From NCBI GenBank assembly GCA_024704765.1, contig JAKMXF010000044.1:558001-622000 (forward strand): a stretch of 64,000 bases of DNA, read 5' to 3'. This stretch comes from Oopsacas minuta (taxonomy: Eukaryota; Animalia; Porifera). The position numbers and the translations under genes are program-made. The notes below the pieces were generated by a model that worked only from the letters and a program-made list of their open reading frames with translations, was not told the DNA's origin and did not search any database. Below, piece after piece: positions 46,501 through 58,500 of this stretch (positions are counted from its first letter, which is position 1; every line of letters starts with the position of its first letter).

Positions 46501-49500
46501 AAAGTTACAACTATACTACTATGAATTACATATTAGTGGCATTGTTATTGTTTAGACCTGTCTCATTGTAGAAAGCTTCAGTTGTATTAATCAATGGATT
46601 AGTATTACCTACTTACCAGTATACAAAGTAGTATCCAACATTCTAACAGTATGAGTTCTAGTCATTCCTTGATTAGTGACTTCACAGCTGTAGTATCCTG
46701 GTTGATTACTGTACACATACAGAGTACTAATACCTGTAATAGCATCATTAGCTGTAGGCGGGAGGTTAACTTGTGTACCAGTTGGATCTACATAGCTCCA
46801 TACAGGTTCTGATGTGGTCTTATCTTCTGCAACACAGTAGAGAGTAGTGTCTGTTATTAGAATTGTACCTTCTTCTAGACTGATGTATGTATCGGAGTTG
46901 ATTTGCTGTCCAAAGGAGCTCTCTATAATAACCAAAAACAGGGAATAGATGAATGTGTCCGACATGAACAGATATCCTTTCTATGTTTGTGCCAGTTATC
47001 CATGTGATACTGTATATTGAATTATTTTTCACAGCCATCATTATCACAGATACAATATAGTTCTTTAAACTTTGGATGAATATTTATTTGGCGATAATGC
47101 AACTCATTTATACAAAATTCCCTCTGATACATATACTTGGTTGCCTGAATCTGATAATTGATTGCGAAATACCTTATTTGTCTACTTAGCAAGTTATCAT
47201 GGTCATCTTTCATGGTTTATGTCCGTTTAACATTGTTACATACAATGGAAGCCTCTTTATCGGGACAGCTCAGAAGTCAATGTATTGTCCTGATTATCCG
47301 AGTCCCGAATAAGCGGCTTCCACTGTAATAAGTGAATACACATATTGGTATTACCTTAGCAGGCTATGGCATTACAAATGTAGGTATAATCGACTGATTG
47401 GAAAAAATTGTGCAATTTTCACATTTTTGGAATATGTTACTATGATTGTTCAAATTCATATACGTATAATGTGCGAGTAATACATTTAGTCAAAAGTGTA
47501 CCAGTTTGATGCTATCATAAATTATAGGATATTCTAATTATATTCATTGCTATACATCGCTGTCCTTGTTCGAATTTCAGACACTATCATTGCCCTAACA
47601 TATAGAATGTTATGGTAGAGACTTTGTTTTAACGAAAATGATCCTACTACAGAATTGATCCGGGGGGGACCATTTTCGTCAAATTTAACGAAAGTGGTCC
47701 CCTAATGCTTATAACAATGTATTGTGCAATGAATTTATGTTATATCATTGTGGTATGAAATCACATAATGCTATTCATTATAATCGTAATACGACACAAT
47801 TGGTGATATCTTANNNNNNNNNNNNNNNNNNNNNNNNNNNNNNNNNNNNNNNNNNNNNNNNNNNNNNNNNNNNNNNNNNNNNNNNNNNNNNNNNNNNNNN
47901 NNNNNNNNNNNNNNNNNNNNNNNNNNNNNNNNNNNNNNNNNNNNNNNNNNNNNNNNNNNNNNNNNNNNNNNNNNNNNNNNNNNNNNNNNNNNNNNNNNNN
48001 NNNNNNNNNNNNNNNNNNNNNNNNNNNNNNNNNNNNNNNNNNNNNNNNNNNNNNNNACACAATTGGTGATATCTTATCAGATTCGTAATACGACACAATT
48101 GGTGATATCTTATCAGATTCGTAATACGACACAATTGGTGACATCTTATCAGATTCGTAATACGACACAATTGGTGATATCTTATCAGATTCGTAATACG
48201 ACACAATTGGTGATATCTTATCAGATTCGTAATACCACATAATTGGTGATGTTTCACTTTATTGAGTGATATGGAGCCTGTAATGGTTATATTTCGTGTA
48301 GTGGTGAGTAAGTATACTGTAATAGTTTACAGAAGCATAAAAGCTTTGTCAGTAGCTAAAAAATACAGTGTCTCATAAAATACAATTCCTTTACACAGCA
48401 GTATGGACTCTATCGAGTACGAAACAATTTCAAATTACCTAGATTCAAAATCATACCCTGTACATTCTACTAAGGAACAGAAGAGGATCATTCGCAAGAA
48501 AGCTGAGAGGTACGAGTTAGTGGCAGGAAAACATTTTAGATCCTTAGGAGAATGTCAGTTATTGGTTATCAGACGCAATGAGTTGGAGGAAATTTTCAAA
48601 GAGATTCATGATAATTCTCACCAATGTGCTAGATACACATGTACATAGCAAAAGACCGATATCATTAGCCCAGTATGTACAGAGATATTGAAACTTATGT
48701 CACTACATGTGTTCGCTGTCAAAAGAACCAATCAAGCTTAAAAAGTCCTACTCCTCCTCTGAAACCTTTACCAATCATTACTAAGGCATGATACCGTGTA
48801 GGAGTGGACCTAACAGGTCCGCTAATCGAATAAAATAGCTACAAACATATTTTGAGCATGATTGATCATTTCACCAGGTGGATAGAAACCCGTCCACCCA
48901 AATCTAAAAAAGCCACGGAGGTTGCAAGGGGAATCTACTAGATATATTGTAGACAGGGAGCACCCGTTCGAATAATTACAGATAATGGAACTGAATTCAA
49001 GAATAATATTAGTCGCGCATCTATGAAACTTATAATACCAAGCTAATCTTTCTACTCCTTACCATCCTCAGACAAATGGGTTAGTTGAGTCGTCACTTTA
49101 GTTAAGTCGTTAGAAGAAAAGAATGAAAACTGGTCACTTTTCCTAAAAGAGATTACATTCTCTATCAATATTAGACCAAGAGCAACAACAATTTTCTCAG
49201 CTTTTGAGTTGATCCATGGATCTCGAAAAGCTCGACTCCCTACCGAAGCACAAAACCAGGACTATCAGCATCCAGAAGGCAGTATCCTAGATCAGTGGGG
49301 TGGAGAGCACCAGTTTGAAAAATTAATAGATTTCATGCAAGAAGCCCATGAGTCCAATAGTCAGAAAGCTGGAGAACAGCTATTGCATTCACTAAACCTG
49401 ATAAAGCAGCAGTTTGACAAGAAATTGAACCCAGCCTCATCCAGGAAACTTGAGATCGGGGATAATGTATTGATTGAGAATGGGTAAAAAGGGCCGAAAG

Positions 49501-52500
49501 TTACAGGATAAATAGATTGGTCCATACCCTGTGACTACAGTGAATCGTAGTAATGTTCAGATTCTCCAAATACAGCTACTAGATGTGTGAAGAGATCAAA
49601 AGTGAAACTTTACAGAATACCCAAAAAAGACATACATGCAGTACCAAACAAATATCAGTATTTAGATTGCCAAAGTGATGAGAAAAATATCCAACAAGAA
49701 ATATCAGGTGAAGATATCATGATTCCATCGTCTCCTTTTACTGGGGCCGAAGAGTCAACGTTTGAAACCAATGTGACACGAAAATCACGAGAAGAAGTAC
49801 TCGAATTTCTCAATTCAATGAACGATCGCATAATAGAATCAATTAAGGGGAATAACCCACTTAATGAATTCCATCGAAAACTTGATAATAGACGGGATTT
49901 TTCCTTTAAGAATCTACTCGAATGGGGGGGGCCAAGAACATTTTCGTCTACTAAGATTCCTGAAACGAGATTGATGACTTTTGACACAAGTCAAGAGGTT
50001 ACTCGAATACTAGTTCAATTGTATTTGGAAATTTTTGAAATCAAAATACCTTGCTCCAAAATACTAAAGAAAACTTTAAGTTTTCCACAAAGTGGCAACA
50101 AAAAGCATGGATTATACTACAAAGGTTCTATATCCGGTTTTATCTGAGATGATGATAAACACTCTCAAATCTGAAAAGGAGTTATCCATGTCTCACCTCT
50201 CATTACAAGCACATTTCCAACTGACAACTCCATAGAAGATTTCTGTGTTACCTAGGGTGGCTATGTTCATGGAATTGAATTAATAATACATGCCCTATGG
50301 AGAACTTCATTACATTCTTATTCAAAGTGTTCGCGTATGCGATATCAACGACACAATTTCGGTACCACACGGAGATGATTTGTTGATTGGATTTACTATC
50401 TCTACGGGGGTACATTTTTCTATGAGAGTTAAATATAATAGTATTTGGTACTCTTATGATGGGATGGAAAGACCAAAATTAAACAAACTTGAAGATAAAG
50501 AAATTAACCTTATAGGCCGTGTAAATAGCAATAATTACGTTTTACAAAAATTACAAAAATAATTCTTAAACATTTAATAATTCATTAAATGAAACATCAC
50601 CAATTGTGTGGTATTACAAATCTGATGAGATATCACCAATTGTGTCGTATTACGAATCTGATAAGATATCACCAATTGTGTCGTATTACGAATCTGATAA
50701 GATATCACCAATTGTGTGGTATTACAAATCTGAAGATATCACCAATTGTGTGGTATTACAAATCTGATAAGATATCACCAATTGTGTCGTATTGCGAATC
50801 TGATAAGATATCACCAATTGTGTCGTATTACGATTATAATGAATAGCATTATGTGATTTCATACCACAATGATATAACATAAATTCATTGCACAATACAT
50901 TGTTATAAGCATTAGGGGACCACTTTCGTTAAATTTGACGAAAATGATCCAACCGGGTCAATTCACTATGGGGAATCATTTTCGTGAAAAGTAGGATTTA
51001 CCAGTTATACTAATGGAGTATGATGATTCTAATAATGATATTTTCAAGAACGTATTGTGAATAGTCTTTCATTCCTATTTAGGTGACAAGTAAACAAATA
51101 TCTTATTAGTCTCAGAAATGTGATTCCTTACCCATAATTGAGATATAAATCTGAATAGCCAGTGTCTCTTCTCCATCCCAATTTGTAACATAGAACTTGT
51201 ACAATCCTTCATCATATTGATAGAAAATTAGAAAAGTGATAGAGTTATGTGTGACACTAGTGTCATCTGGTTTCTGCCACCTCCCAAACAGATTAGAACT
51301 CAGAACTACATTCTGTGTCAGTACAGTGACATCAGCTGTATTGACATCAGGAGCCAGGAGAGAGAATGAATTGATTGATCCATGATTCAATGTAATTAGA
51401 GGTGGACCTGTGTTCAATAAAATTTTAGGAAAACACAAATTTGTCTGGTTTTCAGCATTTCCTACTTTATTTGTCATTGAAAACGTTCAGAGCTATATTC
51501 TTGGTCTATTTACTACTTCGATATTATAACAAACCTTGGATAAATAGTCCCACACTCAGAATGTTGTTATCAGATTCTATATCGAAACATTCCATTGTTT
51601 GATTGTTTGTAAGAATAAGAGTGTTTCTTAATGAGAATACATCAAGTGGGTTAGAGTAAAATCCAATCCTATCCTTCCTCCTCCAGTATATGTTGGATAG
51701 CTGGATTAGACTGTTATTAGTATTGCAGAATAGAAATATATTCTCTTCATCTACTTCTATAATGTATGTGTAGTTCTCTGAATCTATGGCTTCTAAAGGA
51801 TGCAAAATATTATACGCAGTTTGAAAGTTACAACTATACTACTATGAATTACATATTAGTGGCATTGTTATTGTTTAGACCTGTCTCATTGTAGAAAGCT
51901 TCAGTTGTATTAATCAATGGATTAGTATTACCTACTTACCAGTATACAAAGTAGTATCCAACATTCTAACAGTATGAGTTCTAGTCATTCCTTGATTAGT
52001 GACTTCACAGCTGTAGTATCCTGGTTGATTACTGTACACATACAGAGTACTAATACCTGTAATAGCATCATTAGCTGTAGGCGGGAGGTTAACTTGTGTA
52101 CCAGTTGGATCTACATAGCTCCATACAGGTTCTGATGTGGTCTTATCTTCTGCAACACAGTAGAGAGTAGTGTCTGTTATTAGAATTGTACCTTCTTCTA
52201 GACTGATGTATGTATCGGAGTTGATTTGCTGTCCAAAGGAGCTCTCTAAAATAACCAAAACAGGGATTGGATGAATGTGTCCGACATGAACAGATATCCG
52301 TTATCCATGCGATACTGAATATTGAATTATTTTTCACAGACATTATTATTTTGCAGATACAGCATTTGGTATTTTATAGAAAGTCCTCTGATACATACGT
52401 ATACCAGAGGCTGTTCAGCAAGTTTCACGACCATCTTTCATATAGTTTAATCTCTTTTAAAATTTTCTGGCATCACGATATATTATCGTTTAGGAATTCA

Positions 52501-55500
52501 AAATTCTGCAATTTTCACCTTTTGTGCATCTCCTATAGGGAGATGCACTAATGGCTTGGACTATTTGCAACGTCCGTATGTTCGTCCGTGCGGTCGTGCG
52601 AATTCTGGCAGTCCGATTCACATGAAAATTGGTACACATATACATTTGTATCGAAGATTTGCACCCAGGGTATGAACTTTTTCTAAAGTGAATATGTCAC
52701 ATCCTTTTGCACATATTTCTAATTGGTGCTAGAGATTTCTTTCCATAAGGTAGCCACGAGAGTAATTGCAGGATAATTAATTGGAATTTATCCATAGGAT
52801 TTGAAGATAGAATCTGAGTTGCAGCGGTTCGGGAATTTCATGCACCCTTCCAAATCGATAAATTAAACCTGGTCAATTCGTGTTCAGCCGCACTAAGATT
52901 TTAGCAAGTTCTGGCGGACCATTTGTCTCAGCATTAAATAGTTGATTTACTATATTAGTACATATGTATATATTTTGTATATACAGTGAAGTGTCCGAAA
53001 ACGGACATTCCGAAAAGCGTACAACTCCATGCAACGGACACACCTCGTGGCACGGATTGAATCTGCCAAGTATGTAGTTAATACTTACTCAGTCTCCGAG
53101 AAGCGGGACAATTCTTTACAACGGATAGAAACCATGTCCCCTACGTGTCCGTTATTCAGAGACTCCACTGTACACACAATTTAACACAGGGACTTAAATA
53201 TATTTATTGCGCTACCGCATGTCGCGAGCAAGCGAAGCACCCTCGTACATTGTAATATTAGTATTTGTTTTCGAATTCTCATAATGATGCTAGTATGTCC
53301 TTAGTCCTTACCCATAATTGAGATGTATAGCTGAATAGCCAGTGTCTCTTCTCCATCCCAATTTGTAACATAGAACTTGTACAATCCTTCATCATATTGA
53401 TAGAAAATTAGAAAAGTGATAGAGTTATGTGTGACACTAGTGTCATCTGGTTTCTGCCATCTCCCAAACAGATTAGAACTCAGAACTACATTCTGTGTCA
53501 GTACAGTGACATCAGCTGTATTGACATCAGGAGCCAGGAGAGAGAATGAATTGATTGATCCATGATTCAATGTAATTAGAGGTGGACCTGATAGAATATT
53601 TATATATTGTCAACATTTATCAGTAAATTCGATATCAATGGTCGAAAATCATTTGTTACAATTAACAAATGTTCGAAAGTTATTGAAATAGGTACACAGT
53701 TAACCGACATCTCAGAATTCCTCTATTTTAATTCGCTAGACATTATTGTTATAAAGTTATCAATGATACCTTGAAGAAGGAGTCCAATACTAACAAAAGT
53801 GTTTCCGAGGTTTGTTTCCAAACATTCCAAGGTAATATTACTTGAAGATGAAATATAATACGTTAGCGAAAATATATCAAGCGGGTTGGGGAAGATTCCA
53901 GGTAGATGATCCCTCATCCAATGAATATTAGTTAGTTGTACTGAGCTATCAGTTGGTGTATACAGAAGATAAATATCCTCACTATCAATGCCAATAGTGT
54001 ACGTGTAGCTAAATGAATTCACAACTTCTAGAAAATGGGATTTTACAATTATAGTATTGATAAAATCCTGGCAAATGATAATTGAATGCAACATATATCT
54101 ACCTGTATATGAATGTATATTGAGAATCCCTACAGTATAAATACGACCAACCCCTCCATTCTCAGTGACATCACAGCTGTAGTAGCCTGGCTGAGTAGTG
54201 TACACTTGTATAGTACTAACTCCTGTACTAGAATCAGTTGTAGCAGTGAGATCAGTTCTGATACCAGCTAGATCTACATAACTCCACATCACTTCTGGTG
54301 TGTTCATGTTCTCTGTGACACAGTAGAGAGTAGTATCTGTTATTAGGATAGCATTGTCTGATAGTGATGATGGTGTGGAAGCAATTATTTCTCCAAATGT
54401 GTTCACTAAGGAAATATTGTTATACATGAATGTATGCTAAGTAAATGTGAATCATATTTCAAGGATCTATTCAGATTTGTAAGAAATCTAAAGTAATGAG
54501 TTGATATATGAGTAACAATCAATTTTCAGAAAGATCATTGTAATGTTCAAGAGTTATGTTTATACAATACAAATTATAATTATCTAACTATACTCTTACC
54601 GTGAGTACTACAGAAGTAGCACGTCAGAATGGGTGTGCATTCAAGATCATTCCAATATGTATTTCCACGAGTGTATACACAATCTTCATCACCAGAGTTA
54701 TTGGGTTCACCAGGGGTCCAATTCCTATATGTACTATCACTACCATCAGCCCAAATAAATGTCCCTTCAGCATTTAGGTCATTTAGTCCTATCCAACAAC
54801 TGGTTGAACCAGATGCTGTGCTATACATCAATGTATTCTCTTCTGTGGATGTCACTGTAGCTAGGTCGTAACCACTCACAACACACTGTAGTCTAGCATC
54901 TGCCCAGTTAGTACCAGTGCTAGTGAAATAACTGAAACATGTCCCATCATTTGTTACTACATCACAACCGGTTGTTGGCACTACAGTTTCAACATGAATA
55001 ACAGTATTACAGGAAAATTATTTCCATGCACCATTCCATTTATCACGACAGGACAACAGACAACAATTTGATAGAAACTTACCTGTATACTCGTTAGTAT
55101 CTGTCATTATTGCTGTATACGTTCTACTAGTTCCTCCATCCTCAGTGACATCACAGCTGTAGTAACCTGGCTGAGTAGTGTACACTTGTATAGTACTAAC
55201 TCCTGTACTAGAATCAGTTGTAGCAGTGAGATCAGTTCTGATACCAGCTAGATCTACATAACTCCACATCACTTCTGGTGTGTTCATATTCTCTGTGACA
55301 CAGTAGAGAGTAGTATCTGTTATTAGGACAGCATTGTCTGATAGTGATGATGGTGTGGAAGCAATTATTTCTCCAAATGTGTTCACTAAGGAAATATTGT
55401 AATATATGAATGTACGTATGCTATGGGAATGTGAATCATATTTCAAGGATTGTACAGATTTCTAAGAAATCTAAAGTTATACGTTTCTATAAGAATAAGA

Positions 55501-58500
55501 ATCAATTTTCAGAAAGATAATTGTAATGTTTCAAGAGCTATGTTTATACAATACAAAGTATATTTATCTTACTATACTCTTACCGTGAGTACTACAGAAG
55601 TAGCACATCAGAAGGTTTGTGCATCTAAGATCATTCCATTTTGGATTTCCAAAAGTCTGTACACAATCTTCATTACCATTGCTATTGGGTTCCCCAGGGG
55701 CCCAATTCCTATATGCACTATCACTACCATCAGCCCAAATATATGTCCCTTCAGCATTTATGTCATTTAGTCCTATCCAACACCTAACAGTTGAATCAGT
55801 TAATGTACCATACATCAATGTATTCTCTTCTGTGGATGTCACTGTAGCTAGGTCGTAACCACTCACAACACACTGTAGTCTAGCATCTGCCCAGTTAGTA
55901 CCAGTGCTAGTGAAATAACTGAAACATGTCCCATCATTTGTTACTACATCACAACCGGTTGTTGGCACTACAGTTTCAACATGAATAACAGTATTACAGG
56001 AAAATTATTTCCATGCACCATTCCATTTATCACGACAGGACAACAGACAACAATTTGATAGAAACTTACCTGTATACTCGTTAGTATCTGTCATTATTGC
56101 TGTATACGTTCTACTAGTTCCTCCATCCTCAGTGACATCACAGCTGTAGTAACCTGGCTGAGTAGTGTACACTTGTATAGTACTAACTCCTGTACTAGAA
56201 TCAGTTGTAGCAGTGAGATCAGTTCTGATACCAGCTAGATCTACATAACTCCACATCACTTCTGGTGTGTTCATATTCTCTGTGACACAGTAGAGAGTAG
56301 TATCTGTTATTAGGACAGCATTGTCTGATAGTGATGATGGTGTGGAAGCAATTATTTCTCCAAATGTGTTCACTAAGGAAATATTGTAATATATAAATGT
56401 ATGCTAAGTAAATGTGAATCATATTTCAAGGATCTATTCAGATTTGTAAGAAATCTAAAGTAATGAGTTGATATATGAGTAACAATCAATTTTCAGAAAG
56501 ATCATTGTAATGTTCAAGAGTTATGTTTATACAATACAAATTATAATTATCTAACTATACTCTTACCGTGAGTACTACAGAAGTAGCACGTCAGAATGGG
56601 TGTGCATTCAAGATCATTCCAATATGTATTTCCATGAGTGTGTACACAATCTTCATCACCAGAGTTATTGGGTTCACCAGGGGTCCAATTCCTATATGTA
56701 CTATCACTACCATCAGCCCAAATAAATGTCCCTTCAGCATTTAGGTCATTTAGTCCTATCCAACAACTGGTTGAACCAGATGCTGTGCTATACATCAATG
56801 TATTCTCTTCTGTGGATGTCACTGTAGCTAGGTCGTAACCACTCACAAGACACTGTAGTCTAGCATCTGCCCAGTTCACACCAGTGCTAGTGAAATAACT
56901 GAAACATGTCCTTTCATTTGTTATTGCATCACAACCGGTTGTTGGTACTACATTTGTAACATGCTATAAATGAATACATTCGGTGGATAAATGTTGGCCA
57001 CAATGCGAGGTACTTTACCCGTTTAAGCGACTTAAGTGCAGTGCTTGCCTATCTCGGTGGAATATAATTACAATATGTGCCGACAACTTGGTCTATTAAT
57101 TTAATTTGTTTAAAAAGTGACACTATTAATTGGAGCCACCAGAGACGTCAGGTTTAATTCCAATATACATAGTGCTTCCTATTAATTGTGTCACTTTTTA
57201 AACAAATTGAATTTATTAGACTAATCTGTCGGCACAGGTTGTAATTTTACATTTTTCTTCGCTCCGCTCGGACTTCAAATCCATCAACAATATATTTACA
57301 TTTTACTTTGATCATCCAGTCCATATAATGTTTAATTTTGTTTGCAATAATTGTCAGCTGACTAAATAACATTAATAGAAGGGAATACTAGAGAAGATTT
57401 CATCGGTACAAATTCAAGAGTGTCAAATTCGGGATCAGCGTATTGAATTACCCCCTTTTGCTGTTTGGAACAATCTTCTACGTATTAACAGAAATTGGCC
57501 AAACAAAAGTGGGACGAAATATCGGACTTTCTAAAATTATATTGTTCTACGAACTGCGAAGTAGAACTCATTAATTCATGATTAATTGTTATTTAACGAT
57601 CTTGAAACATAATATCCTTGCCCCAACTAAAATCCCTAGACATTTTGACCCTATTTCTGGCCGCCTGGACAAATAACGAAATCTCTGGACGTTTGTAAGT
57701 ATGAGATCTCCATGTATATATCCATGGATATTGTGGATATTTATTTCAAAGTTGTACTTTGAAAAATATTCCACACTTGAGGGCTATATACAATAATTAG
57801 CAATAAATACCATTTCTTTTCATATAATCGTTGAGAACTCAAACTAACAGATTTATCATAACAATGCCATGTAATCCCCCTTCACGTAAGTTCTCATTGA
57901 CAATCAACTTCACAAATTTATCTATGGAATTCCATTAAGTCAGTCGCGACGTTATTATTTGAAGATTCTGAGATAAGTCTGCCATCTACATAGATGTATG
58001 GGGATCCCACAACAAAAATCATGCGTATGTGAGGTAGGTTGAAAGCAATCTATCTCATTGAGAAATTGAAACACTCCGTACCTCTCTTGTGGATGTTGTT
58101 ACAAAACATTTGTGTGGTACAATTTGACCTATGGAAAATGGATAAACAGGAGTGGTATGAGCACAGTACAAGCCACCAGGAAATCTGTAGCAATGAGTAT
58201 AGGCCCTAGACTTTTGGCATCTACGTCTACCCAACACTAACAAGCCTCAGGCTTTAGAACAATCCTTCAATATCCATGGATATCCTTGGATATCTATGTA
58301 AATGGCCTTGATATATATGGATATGGAGTGGATGTGATTTTTATTTCCACGGTGAGCCTGTGACTTTCCAAATTATCAAATAGTTTTTATAGCATCAGAA
58401 TTTCAGTTACGGTTGGTTCATATTGGTCACTATATATAGCTGATCCAAAACTAGTGGCGTAGCTTGGGTACTCATTAGATTGTTAAATAATATTTTGCAA

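Larger units (their letters stand above)
47608..51009 (+). mobile_element. Degenerate Ginger-like (Gypsy-integrase-related) DNA transposon with long TIRs
   Basis: Inverted ends (~47608-48255 vs ~50588-51009). Internal integrase pseudogene; no RT/RNaseH seen upstream of the integrase. Ends are approximate and no TSD was found. Confidence 0.7.

Noticed and set aside
47785-50830. 36-bp repeats as a CRISPR array
   Set aside because: The units abut with no spacers, there are no cas genes, the context is eukaryotic, and they sit inside transposon TIRs.
47722-50846. ORFs 47722, 47761, 47811 and 50589 (YYESDKISPIVS / RYHQLCRITNLI repeats)
   Set aside because: They are translations of the 36-bp array and the N gap.
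57690-58345. Possible hAT transposase remnant between ggatatcc-rich subterminal blocks
   Set aside because: The peptide similarity is too weak and broken to call without an alignment.
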